NCBI GenBank assembly: GCA_963751345.1
Contig: CAVVUS010000047.1
Coordinates: 1-64,000, forward strand
From: an uncultured Chloroflexia bacterium
GTDB lineage: Bacteria; Chloroflexota; Anaerolineae; B4-G1; SLSP01
DNA length: 64,000 nucleotides
Reading direction: 5' to 3'
A model generated the notes under the pieces. The model saw only the letters and a list, made by a program, of their open reading frames with translations, searched no databases and was not told the origin of the DNA. Shown here piece by piece: positions 54,127 through 64,000 of this stretch; within the stretch, counting starts at the first letter, position 1, and each line of letters opens with the position of its first letter. The position numbers and the translations under genes are program-made.

Positions 54127-55631
54127 CTATCCTACTTGAAGGTCCAGACTCACCGTCGGCAGATATTGCGGCGGACGCCGCACGTGGGTCGCCTGCTCGA
54201 AGGCGTAGGCGAGCTTGATCAGGGTGGGCTCCTGATAGGCGGTGCCGATGAATGAGATCCCGACCGGGAGTCCATGGATGAAACCGGCGGGCACGGTGAT
54301 CACCGGGTAGCCCGCCGGCGAAGCGGGTGGGGGGCTGCCCCCGCGGTAGTTGTCGCCGTTGACCCAGTCCGTCAGCCACGCCGGCCCGCCTGAAGGCGCC
54401 ACGATGGCATCCAGGTGGTGCTCGTTAAGCGTAGCATCGATAGCCTCCGCTCGTGCGAGGCGCCGGCGGGCCAGCAGGGCAGCCAGGTAGGCCTCGGGCG
54501 TCTCGGTGGCTTCTTGTGCCCGAATCATCCTCTCCTGGCCGAAGAAGGGCATGACGGTCGCCGCGTGCTCCTCGTTGAAGGCGATGAGTTCTGCCAGCGA
54601 ATGCACGGCAACACCGGGCGCGAGCCCAGCCAGATAGGCGTTGAGGTCGGCCCGGAAGTCGTAGAACAGCACGGTGCCCTCGTGCTTGTCCAGGTCGGGC
54701 GGCTGTGCCAGGTTGGCCGGGTCGATGACCTCCGCGCCGAGCAGCTTCATCGCGTCGATGGCAGCCTCCATGACGCTCTCGACCCGCGAATCGCGTCCGA
54801 AGTGGTTGCGCGCCACGCCGATGCGCGCCCCTTTCAGACCTTCACGATCCAGAAAGGGTGTGTAGTCCGTGTGGGCCTTACCCTCGCTCGACCTTGTCGC
54901 GTCGTCTCTGGGGTCCACGCCCGTCATCGCGCCCAGGAGGATCGCGGCGTCGGTGACCGTACGGGCCATCGGGCCGGCGGTGTCCTGGTTGTGCGAGATG
55001 GGTATGATGCCGGCACGGCCGATCAGGCCCAGGGTCGGCTTGATGCCCACGATGCCGTTGGTCTGCGATGGGCAGATAATCGATCCGTTCGTCTCGGTGC
55101 CGACGGCGACGGCGCACAGGTTCGCGGCGACCGCGACCGCGGATCCGGAACTGGAGCCACAGGGGTTGCGATCCAAGGCATAGGGGTTGCGCGTCTGACC
55201 GCCACGGCTGCTCCAGCCGCTCGTGGAGTGGGGGGAGCGGAAGTTCGCCCACTCGCTCAGGTTTGCTTTGCCGAGGATGACGGCGCCTGCCTCGCGGAGC
55301 CGCTGGGTCACCGTGGCGTCGCGGGCGGCGATCGAGCCCAGGAGAGCCAGCGATCCCGCAGTGGTCATCATCTTGTCCGCGGTATCGATATTGTCCTTGA
55401 GCACCACGGGGATGCCGTGAAGGGGGCCGCGTGGGCCGGACTGCTCACGTTCCGCGTCCAGCGTGGCGGCGATGGCCAGGGCATCCGGGTTGATCTCGAT
55501 GATGCGTTGAGCATCGGCCCGTGTCTGTCGAGTTCGTCGATGGCGGCAAGGTAGGTCTCGGTGAGGCTGCGAGCCGTGAGCCGGCCCGACGCCATCTGCT
55601 CCTGGATCTGGGAGATCGTGAGTTCTTCCAT
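54127..55631 (-). CDS. Amidase signature family enzyme (frameshifted 5' part)
   Basis: LKDNIDT, GKANLSEWAN, CGSSSGS, GTETNGSI. Confidence 0.93.
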
Positions 55632-55662
55632 TTCGCGCTCCAATCCCTCGTTTCCTGCCATC

Positions 55663-56517
55663 TCAGAAGATGTGAAACGCCTGCTCGACGCATTGGCGTT
55701 TCAGTTCCTCGTCTGCCGCGAGCTCCATCAAGCCGTAGAAGCCATAGGGATACTTGAAGAGGTGGCCAATCTCGACGCCGCCCTGGCTGCGGCGTTCCCA
55801 GTAGGGCAGTTGGTGTGGTCGGAGGTCGCTCCGCGGGTGTTCGGGCCGCGGAGCATCCGCCAGCGGGCCCTGGCGGATGCGTCTCAGATAGAGGCGGAAG
55901 CCGTGCTCGCCCTTTACGGCGGTGTTCGGATACCCCATCTCGCGGAGGTCGACCAGCGCCCTGGCGTAGGTGACCAGGTGTCCGGACCAGCCCTGGCCGC
56001 GGCCCTCAAAGGCGGCCATTGCCGTTAGCAGCTCCGATAGCACATAGTCGCCGGCCGCCGGCGGATCGCGGAAGTCCGGGCTGTCGATATCGCTACTGTC
56101 TGTCGTGCTGTCCGTCGCTGTGAACGCGTCGATCAGCCGGCAGATCCCCTCGACCCGCGACGGTGTGACCGCCTCCGGGAGCTCTTTGAGCGCCTTGAGG
56201 CCCAGGGCGGCCAGGATGACGTTGTGCCCAACCTGTCGGAGGGCGTCCATGCTGGCCTCCAGGTGGTCGATGATCCTGCCGACGAGGGCCGGGTCGGCCG
56301 GCTCCGTCGGGAAGGGCGCACACAGCGGGGTCTGTAGCCAGTGTCGGTCGATCATCTGCCGCATGATATCGTCGACCCCGGGCTCGATCTCAACCTCGCG
56401 GCAGAAGAAGGTGGCCGCGATGATGGCCGCGCCGCGATGGCCGTCGGAAAAGTAGTCCAGCGTATGCGCGCGGCTGAGCGCGTTCAGCCCGTGAAGCAGG
56501 TAAGTCTCATCTAGCAT
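55663..56517 (-). CDS. Hypothetical helical protein with four GH motifs
   Basis: Intact ORF; DGHRG, VGHNV, SGHLV, IGHLF. Confidence 0.75.
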   Translation of the reverse strand: MLDETYLLHGLNALSRAHTLDYFSDGHRGAAIIAATFFCREVEIEPGVDDIMRQMIDRHWLQTPLCAPFPTEPADPALVGRIIDHLEASMDALRQVGHNVILAALGLKALKELPEAVTPSRVEGICRLIDAFTATDSTTDSSDIDSPDFRDPPAAGDYVLSELLTAMAAFEGRGQGWSGHLVTYARALVDLREMGYPNTAVKGEHGFRLYLRRIRQGPLADAPRPEHPRSDLRPHQLPYWERRSQGGVEIGHLFKYPYGFYGLMELAADEELKRQCVEQAFHIF

Positions 56518-56628
56518 CGCAATCGCCCCAATCAAACAGCGAGTCTATAGGACTTCGGCCAAGTATCGCGGCTCATCGCCGCACCATCGCCATGCGGGAC
56601 ACTCAGGGCAGTACCTGGCGGACGGCCT

Positions 56629-58209
56629 TCAGCTCCGAAGCTGGCGCCACCGCCCGGCCAACGCCACGATCAGCAGCACACCTGCGGCAGCCAGGAACCG
56701 CTCCGGCGTGCCGGCCGCCACCGATGCGTCGGTGGCTCCCAGAAAGTCCATGCCGGGCGCCTTGGCCCCCTGAAGCGGGCCGATGTACCACAGCACGATG
56801 TAGACGACCTCGAAGAGCCGCCCGCTACCACTCCATACGCCAAGCGCCAATGCGAGCGATGGGATGAAGAGCGCGCCGGCAAGCCAGCCGGTCAACCCGC
56901 TCCAATCTCCTGCGGCGAGGAGGCGCACGGCGACGCCGCCACCGATGAGCGCCGTCATAGCGAAGCCTGCCATCCACGTGGCCGGAAACTGCCGCAGGAG
57001 GGGGTGGGCAGACGAGAAGATGATCTGTTGGGTGCGATAGCGCAGTTCGCGCACCCCCAAGCCTGACCAGAGTGCCAACGGCCAGATCCACGCGGCGACG
57101 AGCCAGCCGGACCGGGCCTCCGCCAAGGGGCTGAAGAGACCGCCGAGGACGAGGACCGCCACACCGCCGTACCACCACCAGTGCTGTCCCTTGAGGAGGA
57201 TGCGCAACTCGGCAATCAGCGCACGGCCAAGAGCTGCAGAGCGTGGCCGGCTGGCGAGAGCCGAGAGCCCCACCGTCTCAAGGGGATACGGCTCCGCAGG
57301 CTCCGGGACTTCCTCGGCCACGGTCTCTTCGCTCACAGTCGAGCCCTTGCGGCGCGGCCTAACGCGTGAGGGGTCGAACCGGTTGAAGAGCAGAGATGCC
57401 ACGAAGACCAGCCCTAATGCCACGCCGACCCACAAGAGCCGGCCAAGTACGATATCGGGCGTCCAGACGATGCCCGTCCACTTGAAGGTCTGCATCTCGG
57501 TCGGTGGTGTGAAGGTGATGTTGAAGCCGGCACTGTAGTCGGGAAACTGGCGCCGAACCGCCGCCGCCATGCTCTGCCAGATCACGGCGGTGCCCGACCA
57601 ATCGGCGAGCGGCTGCGTGCCCAGGAAGGCCAACGAGAGCGTGGTCGTCCAAATCGTGATGTAGACGATGGCGCCGACGGCCCCTCGAAGCCAGGATATC
57701 GTCTCAAAGAGAACGGCCAACGCGGCCGTCACGACGAGCGCCGGCAGCACGACGCCCAGAAAGGGCGCCACGAGCGCGCCAATGTCAAAGCTCCCCGCGT
57801 TGCCCTGGAGCACCTGCATGGCGAAGGCGGCCAACACCAGGATGGCGACGGGCACGATGAGGAAGAGGAAGTTGCTGAGGGCTTTGCCGGCGATATACAG
57901 GAACTTGCCGAGGGGCGTCGTCGCGATAATCTGTCCGACGCCGGTATGCTCATCGCGGTCGATCGCGTTCCTGACCAGGAAGAAGCCGAAGAGCGAGAGG
58001 AAGAACGTCGCTATGGTCGCCATGACGCCACCGATCCACGCTGCATTGAGTTCGCCCTGGTACTGGTCCAGCTTCAGACGGAGCGTCCCGGCATTGACCA
58101 GATAGCCCAGGTAGACGATGGCGCCGAGGGTCACAAGGAAACTGGAACGCCGCGTGCGTTCCAGGAGATCCGCACGGGCTAACTGATAGAGCACGCGCAG
58201 CTGCCTCAT
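56629..58209 (-). CDS. ABC-2 type exporter permease
   Basis: Two hydrophobic halves, RD...GVGQIIATTP...YIAGK; overlaps the ATPase stop. Confidence 0.85.
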   Translation of the reverse strand: MRQLRVLYQLARADLLERTRRSSFLVTLGAIVYLGYLVNAGTLRLKLDQYQGELNAAWIGGVMATIATFFLSLFGFFLVRNAIDRDEHTGVGQIIATTPLGKFLYIAGKALSNFLFLIVPVAILVLAAFAMQVLQGNAGSFDIGALVAPFLGVVLPALVVTAALAVLFETISWLRGAVGAIVYITIWTTTLSLAFLGTQPLADWSGTAVIWQSMAAAVRRQFPDYSAGFNITFTPPTEMQTFKWTGIVWTPDIVLGRLLWVGVALGLVFVASLLFNRFDPSRVRPRRKGSTVSEETVAEEVPEPAEPYPLETVGLSALASRPRSAALGRALIAELRILLKGQHWWWYGGVAVLVLGGLFSPLAEARSGWLVAAWIWPLALWSGLGVRELRYRTQQIIFSSAHPLLRQFPATWMAGFAMTALIGGGVAVRLLAAGDWSGLTGWLAGALFIPSLALALGVWSGSGRLFEVVYIVLWYIGPLQGAKAPGMDFLGATDASVAAGTPERFLAAAGVLLIVALAGRWRQLRS

Positions 58210-59096
58210 CCGGTCCGCGCTCCGTTGGTCGCCGCCACGATGCTCAGGTAGGCATCCTCAAGCGTCGGCAGGGCCATCTGCGCAGACGGGTGCGGTGGCG
58301 TCTCTGAGATGAGGCGAAGATGGACGCCGTCACTGCGCCGAACTGTGCCGCTGACCAGGTGTCGGCGTTTGAGCTCCACCAGATCGGCACTGGGCACAAC
58401 CCACTCCCAGACTTTGCCCGTCACGCTGTGCAGAAGATCCTCCGGCGCAGCACGGGCCAATAGGTGACCGTGGTTGACGATCGCAATGTCGGTAGCCGTC
58501 GCCTCGACGTCCGAGACGATGTGTGTCGAGAGGATGATGATGCGCTCGCCTGACAGCTCCGAAAGCAAGTTCCGGAACCGAACCCGCTCCTCGGGGTCGA
58601 GGCCTACCGTCGGCTCGTCGACGATCAGCAGCTCGGGGTCGTTGAGCAGCGCCTGCGCGATGCCGATGCGCTGCCTCATGCCGCCGGAATAGCCGCCCAG
58701 GGGGCGCTTGCGCGCCTCGACGAGGTTGACGACACGCAGGAGTTCCTCGATCCGCCGGGCGGCGGACTTCGGGCTCAGTCCCTTGATCGCGGCGAGGTAG
58801 CCCAGGAATTCCTCGGCATTCAGATTGGGATAGACGCCGAAGTCCTGCGGCAGATAGCCCAGCACGTTGCGGAGGCCGTTCGGCTCGCGCGCGATGTCGG
58901 TTCCGTTCCACGTAACAGTACCCTCGGTGGGCTGAGTTATGGTCGCCAGGATCCGCATCAGTGTGGATTTCCCCGCGCCGTTGGGACCGAGGAGGCCCAG
59001 GACGCCGGGCCCAAGCTCCAGCGAGAAGCGCTGCAACCCCCACACTTTTCGACCGTATCTCTTACTGACGTTGTCAATGGCGAGGCTGAGTGGCAC
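58206..59096 (-). CDS. ABC transporter ATP-binding protein
   Basis: GPNGAGKST, YSGGMRQR, LIVDEPT, STH. Confidence 0.95.
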   Translation of the reverse strand: MPLSLAIDNVSKRYGRKVWGLQRFSLELGPGVLGLLGPNGAGKSTLMRILATITQPTEGTVTWNGTDIAREPNGLRNVLGYLPQDFGVYPNLNAEEFLGYLAAIKGLSPKSAARRIEELLRVVNLVEARKRPLGGYSGGMRQRIGIAQALLNDPELLIVDEPTVGLDPEERVRFRNLLSELSGERIIILSTHIVSDVEATATDIAIVNHGHLLARAAPEDLLHSVTGKVWEWVVPSADLVELKRRHLVSGTVRRSDGVHLRLISETPPHPSAQMALPTLEDAYLSIVAATNGARTG

Positions 59097-59133
59097 AGGT
59101 GGTCCTTTCCAAGCCGGGATGGGTATGGGTGCC

Positions 59134-59142
59134 ATTATATCA
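59134..59142 (-). promoter_or_regulatory. Extended -10 promoter of the ABC operon
   Basis: TGATATAAT on the minus strand. Confidence 0.6.
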
Positions 59143-59339
59143 GCGTTGCCGTGTCCTCGCGAGGGTTATCCGGCCCTCACAAGGCTTCCGATCGTGAACG
59201 CGGATCAACCTTGCGAGGGTGTCGGAAACCCTCGCAAGGTGAGAGCGCGCTTGCTGTCCGTGCGCCCGATGGTAAGCTGGATTCTGTCGCCCGGTCAACG
59301 GGCCTACCAACGAAAGTGTTAGCGTCGAGGAGGGTAAGG

Positions 59340-61241
59340 ATGATGTCTGAAGCTATCGAAGCGCTGGTTCCCCAGCCGCAACGCTCCGAGATGACCGGTG
59401 GGGCGTTTGTCGTCCCACCCCTGATGACGATCTATCTCGCCAATGCCGTCGAGGCCACGCATCCGGTGGCGCAGTGGCTTTCGGACCACTTGGCGATCCA
59501 GGACGTATCGACCCGCCTGACGGCGACCGACCGGCACCTGAGCGGACCACATGTCGCCCTCAGCATCGATCCTCAGAACGCCACCCACGTGCAGGGCTAT
59601 CATCTCGACATCGGACCCGACAGGGTGCTGATCACGGGCGCCGACGCGGCAGGACTCTTCTACGGCGCCTGCACGCTGCTGCAATTGGTCACTGCCCAGA
59701 TGGGGGACGGCATCATCGTGCTGCCTGGTATGCGGCTCGTGGACTGGCCCGATTTCCCCAACCGTGGGGTGATGCTCGACGTCAGCCGCGACCGCGTCCC
59801 GACGATGGAAACGCTTTACGAGCTCGTGGATCTGCTGGCAAGCTGGAAGATCAACCAGTTGCAGCTCTATATGGAGCACACGTTTGCCTATCAGGGCCAC
59901 GAGGTGGTCTGGAAGGACGCGAGCCCCTTCACCGGGGAGGAGATCCTGGCTCTGGACGCCTACTGCAGCGCGCGATTCGTGGAACTGGTGCCAAACCAGA
60001 ACAGCTTTGGCCATATGCAGCACTGGCTGATCCACGAGCCCTACCGGCAGATGGCGGAATGCCCCGAGGGATGCGAGCTTTGGCCGGGGCACCCGAGCGA
60101 ACCCTACAGTCTCTGTCCGGTGGACCCACGATCGATCGAGCTCCTCGAGGACCTCTACGACCAACTACTGCCGCACTTCGGCAGTTCCGCTTTCAACGTC
60201 GGGCTTGATGAGACCTTCGACCTCGGGAAGGGGCGGTCGGCAGAGGCATGTGCCACCCTCGGCACCGAGCGGGTCTACCTCGATTTCCTGAAGCAGATCC
60301 ATCGGCAGGTGATGACGCGCGGCAAGACAATGCAGTTCTGGGGAGATATCATTCTCCACCAGCCTGATCTCATTCCGGAACTCCCCGCCGACGCGATCGC
60401 GATGGAGTGGGGCTATGAGGCCATCGCATCCCTTCGAGGAGCATTGCGAGCATTTCGCCGAGGCCGGCTTGCGGTTCTATGTCTGCCCCGGCACGAGCAG
60501 TTGGAACGCGATCGCCGGGCGAACAGAGAACGCGCTGGGTAACATCCAGCGGGCGGCGTCCAGCGGAAAAGCCGGGGGCGCCGTGGGCCTGCTCAACACC
60601 GATTGGGGCGACAACGGGCATCTGCAGCCGCCCGTCGTGAGCATTCTTGGGCTATATGGCAGGGGCGGCGGCGAGCTGGAATGCCGGCGTCCAACTCGAG
60701 CGATATCGACCTTCCTGCGCTGCTGGATCTCTTCGCCTTCCGGGATAGCGCCGGCGAGATGGGGCGGGTGGCCTACGATCTGGGCAACGTCTATCAGGTC
60801 CCCGGCGTGGCGACGGTAAACTCTTCGATCTTCTTCGACGTTCTGATGAACGCCGATCGCCGGTTGGGGCAGTGGTCGATGGGAGGGATTGACAGAGGAG
60901 GGCCTCGAAAGCACATTGGCGGTCGCTCGAGGACATCCGCGGGCGTCTGTGCCGTGCGGCAGATGGATCGTGCGGACGCAGATCTGGTCAAGGCTGAGTT
61001 CTCGTGGGTCGCGGACCTGCTCTCCTGGTCGGCGCAGCTCGGTCTCGCGCGGATACGGCATACCGCCGTCGACAGTGCGGCTTCGCTCCCCGCCGAGGTC
61101 CGGTTCGCGTTGGGCAACGAGTTGGGCGATCTCACGGGGCGTTACCGTGCGCTGTGGCTACAGAGAAGCCGACCGGGCGGCCTCGCCGACTCGGCGGCCC
61201 GCCTGGAGCGCGTCGTAGCACTGCTCGTGGAGGAAGAATGA
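59340..61241 (+). CDS. Glycoside hydrolase family 20 (beta-N-acetylhexosaminidase-like), frameshifted
   Basis: DWPDFPNRGVMLDVSRD, NQNSFGH, NVGLDET, LNTDWGDNGH. Confidence 0.88.
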
Positions 61242-62545
61242 CGGAGTTCCCGCCTGAGGGTTTCGTGCCGGTGCCGTCGGCTGTGCCCGGCATCGTGCTC
61301 TATGCACCCGCCCCGGAGCAGAAGCAGGAGGATGCGGCGGTCGTCGACTTCAAGTGCCCCCGCTGTCAGGCCACCACCGCGTACAGCGTCGCCGATGGCG
61401 GGCTGCGGTGCGCGCACTGCGGCTACTACGAGCCGCCCGAGACCCCGATTGTGGGGAAGGGCGCCAAAGAGTTTGAGTTCACGGTCGAGACCGTGTCGGC
61501 GGCGCGTGCCGCACAGGGGTGGGGCACCGCTCGCAAGGCGCTCAAGTGCCAAAGCTGCGGCGCCGAGACCTCACTGCCGCCCGGCACCCTCACCCACACG
61601 TGTCCGTTCTGCGGCTCGAACCAGGTGCTGCAGCAGGACGCTCCGCAAGACCAACTGCGCCCGCACTTCCTGATCCCGTTCAAAGTCGAGCTCGACCGGT
61701 GTCGTGAGATCTCGCGCGAATGGCTCGGGAGCAGTTGGATGACGCCCAAGGTGCTCAAGGAGGCCGCGGGCGTCGCCGACTTCAGCGGCGTCTATATGCC
61801 CTACTGGACGTTCGATGCGCGCACCTCGGGCACGTGGCGGGCGCAGGTAGGACATCAGGTGTCGGAGCGCTACTATGACGCCAGCAGCAAGTCGTGGAAG
61901 ACGCGGACCAAGACCGTGTGGCGCTGGGAGTCGGGCCGCGCGCAGCAAGTCTTCGACGATCTGCTGGTCCCCGGATCGACGAGACTTAGCTCGCTGCTGC
62001 TGGAGCGCCTGCAGGACTACGATACGCGCGCGCTGGTGCCCTACGCTGCATCGTACCTGGCCGGCTTCCTCGCACAGGCTTACGATGTCTCGCTCGACCC
62101 CGCGTGGGAGCTGGCGCGGGAGCGGATGCGCCAGGCGACGCAACAGGCCTGTCGCGCGCAGGCGAGCACCTCGCAGATCCGCAGCTTCTCGATGTCCCTC
62201 GACTTCAGTGACGAGAGCTGGCGCTACGTCCTGGTGCCCCTCTACGTTGCCGCGTACCGCTACGAGGGCGCGGCCTACCGCGTCATGATCAACGGGCAGA
62301 CGGGCGCAATTGCGGGACAGCGCCCCGTGGACTGGACCAAGGTGTGGCTGGCCATTGCCGCTATGGTCGCGCCCGGGATCCTGCTAGGGCTATTCGGCGT
62401 GCTGGCCTCTGCGCTGGGTGCTTTGCTCCCGCCGTCCTTAGTGGTGGGTGGTGGGGTGCTTGTGGTGGCGGTGATCCTTGTGTTGATCGGCGGTATCTTC
62501 GCAGTGATCACGTTCAACAAGGCGAGGGCGATGGACGATGTCTGA
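61238..62545 (+). CDS. Zinc-ribbon membrane protein
   Basis: CPRC, CAHC, CQSC, CPFC; GVYMPYWTFD; INGQTGAIAG.RP; C-terminal TM helices. Confidence 0.85.
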   Translation: MTEFPPEGFVPVPSAVPGIVLYAPAPEQKQEDAAVVDFKCPRCQATTAYSVADGGLRCAHCGYYEPPETPIVGKGAKEFEFTVETVSAARAAQGWGTARKALKCQSCGAETSLPPGTLTHTCPFCGSNQVLQQDAPQDQLRPHFLIPFKVELDRCREISREWLGSSWMTPKVLKEAAGVADFSGVYMPYWTFDARTSGTWRAQVGHQVSERYYDASSKSWKTRTKTVWRWESGRAQQVFDDLLVPGSTRLSSLLLERLQDYDTRALVPYAASYLAGFLAQAYDVSLDPAWELARERMRQATQQACRAQASTSQIRSFSMSLDFSDESWRYVLVPLYVAAYRYEGAAYRVMINGQTGAIAGQRPVDWTKVWLAIAAMVAPGILLGLFGVLASALGALLPPSLVVGGGVLVVAVILVLIGGIFAVITFNKARAMDDV

Positions 62546-63671
62546 GATCCAAGGTCGACGGACGGACGGGGATGGGAGCGGGCCCGGCGGACGGCGTGAG
62601 TCGGGCCATAGCGGAGGGGTCGTGATCTGTCAGGCCTGCGACTGGCGCTACCTTGTGCCCGAGGGGGCTGCGCCGACCATCTGTCCACACTGCGCGAGTT
62701 CCGACCTCGTCCGGCTCGAGGCCAGTGACGCCGGATCCACCTTTCAGTACCAACCCGAGTTGGTCGTGCCGTATGCCGTAAGCGATGCCGGCCTGGCGGA
62801 GCAGATCACCCGTTTTGCCGAGGGGATCCCCTTTCCGCCCCCGGATCTGGATCCAGCGACCCTCCAGCAGCGTCTCCAGCGGCTCTATCTTCCGATGTGG
62901 CTCGTGGATAGCGATGTTGCGGCACGCTGGAGCGCGGAGGTGGGGTTTGACTACGAGGTCGTCAGCCATCAGGAGCGTTACGCCGACGGTGCCGGCTGGC
63001 GGACGAACGAGGTCGAGGAGAACAGAATTCGCTGGGAGCCAAGGGTGGGGACCCTTCAGCGCCGATATGAAAACCGCGCTGCGCCCGCTCAGGAGGCGCA
63101 CCGCGCGTTACAGCACGTTCTCGGCACCTACCGGCTGAGCGACGCCGTGGCCTTTGCTCCCGGCATGCTCGATGCCGCCCTGATGTGTCTCCCCGACCGG
63201 ACCCCGGAGACCGCGTGGCCCGATGCCGAGCTTGGGCTGCGTCAGTCTGCGGCGCAGGAATGCCAGGAGGCTGCCCAGGCCGACCACATCCGTGACTTTC
63301 GCTGGACGCCGGCCTATGGAGAGAAGCACTGGACCCTGCTGCTCCTACCGGTTCTGGCGACTGCCTACCTGGATGATGACGGGCACCTGCAGCGGCTGCT
63401 GGCCAACGGCCAGACGGGCCAGGTCTATGGTGCCAGGCGGGGCTCGTTGGCGCGTGCGAGTCACCGGTCGCTGATCATCGGTGCGGTGGCGCTGGTCATT
63501 TTCGTCGTGGGGCTGGTTGCAGCGCTAATCTCGCTGCTTTTCCCACCGGCGCTGGCCATCGGGATTGCCATCGCACTGCTGGCCGTTCCGGTCGGCGTTG
63601 CGGCAACGGTCCCCGTTGTCCGTGTGTGGAGCTTCAATCGCAGAGAGGCGCGCCGGCCGCCGGAGGTATGA
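62538..63671 (+). CDS. Paralogous zinc-ribbon membrane protein
   Basis: CQAC, CPHC; LYLPMWLVD; NGQTGQVYG; C-terminal TM helices. Confidence 0.82.
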   Translation: MSEIQGRRTDGDGSGPGGRRESGHSGGVVICQACDWRYLVPEGAAPTICPHCASSDLVRLEASDAGSTFQYQPELVVPYAVSDAGLAEQITRFAEGIPFPPPDLDPATLQQRLQRLYLPMWLVDSDVAARWSAEVGFDYEVVSHQERYADGAGWRTNEVEENRIRWEPRVGTLQRRYENRAAPAQEAHRALQHVLGTYRLSDAVAFAPGMLDAALMCLPDRTPETAWPDAELGLRQSAAQECQEAAQADHIRDFRWTPAYGEKHWTLLLLPVLATAYLDDDGHLQRLLANGQTGQVYGARRGSLARASHRSLIIGAVALVIFVVGLVAALISLLFPPALAIGIAIALLAVPVGVAATVPVVRVWSFNRREARRPPEV

Positions 63672-63687
63672 AGTGAGAATACTCATT

Positions 63688-64000
63688 ATGTCTTCGGCCG
63701 GGCTGACGCTGGCCCTGGCGATGCTCTTTGCCGTTGTGGACTGGATCGCCGTCGCGCGTGGAAGCCGGCGGCTCGAATACGTCTTCAAGCCGGCCACGTT
63801 GGTGGTCATGATCGCAGGTGCGGCGCAGTTCGCTTTGCTGGTGGGTGGCGGGCGGGTGGCGGTGTGGTTCCTGCCCGCGTTGGCCTTCTCTCTGCTGGGC
63901 GACATCCTGCTGATGCTGCCCGGCGAAAAGTGGTTCCCGTTTGGCCTGGGCGCGTTTCTCCTGGCTCACGTCTGCTACATCACCGGGCTGAACCCCACGC
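63688..64000 (+). CDS. yhhN: YhhN/lysoplasmalogenase family (runs off the window end)
   Basis: EYVFKP, FSLLGDILLM, GLGAFLLAHVCY. Confidence 0.88.
   Translation, partial: MSSAGLTLALAMLFAVVDWIAVARGSRRLEYVFKPATLVVMIAGAAQFALLVGGGRVAVWFLPALAFSLLGDILLMLPGEKWFPFGLGAFLLAHVCYITGLNPT

Overview
High-GC bacterial chromosomal window. Gene content, extended -10 promoters (TGnTATAAT), a GAAC-N4-GTTC SOS box and the intergenic repeat style suggest Chloroflexota/Anaerolineae (inference). Many genes, including housekeeping ones, are split by small indels, which is best explained by long-read consensus error, so split ORFs are reported as merged genes. Content in order: a secreted protein with about 10 FN3/Ig-like repeats; a candidate sRNA; a C4 zinc-ribbon gene; two tandem lgt; DUF2085; ccdA; gcvH-gcvPA-gcvPB; a response regulator and GAF kinase; two DUF2723 GT-C glycosyltransferases; tkt; a DHH-CBS tRNA nucleotidyltransferase; xseA; rnd; a beta-CASP RNase; a lipoate ligase. 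An accessory region (about 31.3-43.7 kb) holds a mini-IS5, gene fragments, a fused serine dehydratase, an OCD-family gene and an imuB-dnaE2 cassette with a LexA box, lying between a yjbQ fragment and an intact yjbQ. Catabolic genes follow (RraA-SDR-MlrC, AOR-FeADH-MFS, amidase, GH20), then an ABC exporter, two zinc-ribbon membrane proteins and yhhN. Best leads: the promoter-to-terminator sRNA with an anti-Shine-Dalgarno linker (4134-4228), the yjbQ-bracketed mutagenesis cassette, several dispersed palindromic repeat families (one inside a CDS), and a clamp-binding-like motif at the XseA N-terminus. No CRISPR array, rRNA or tRNA was seen.
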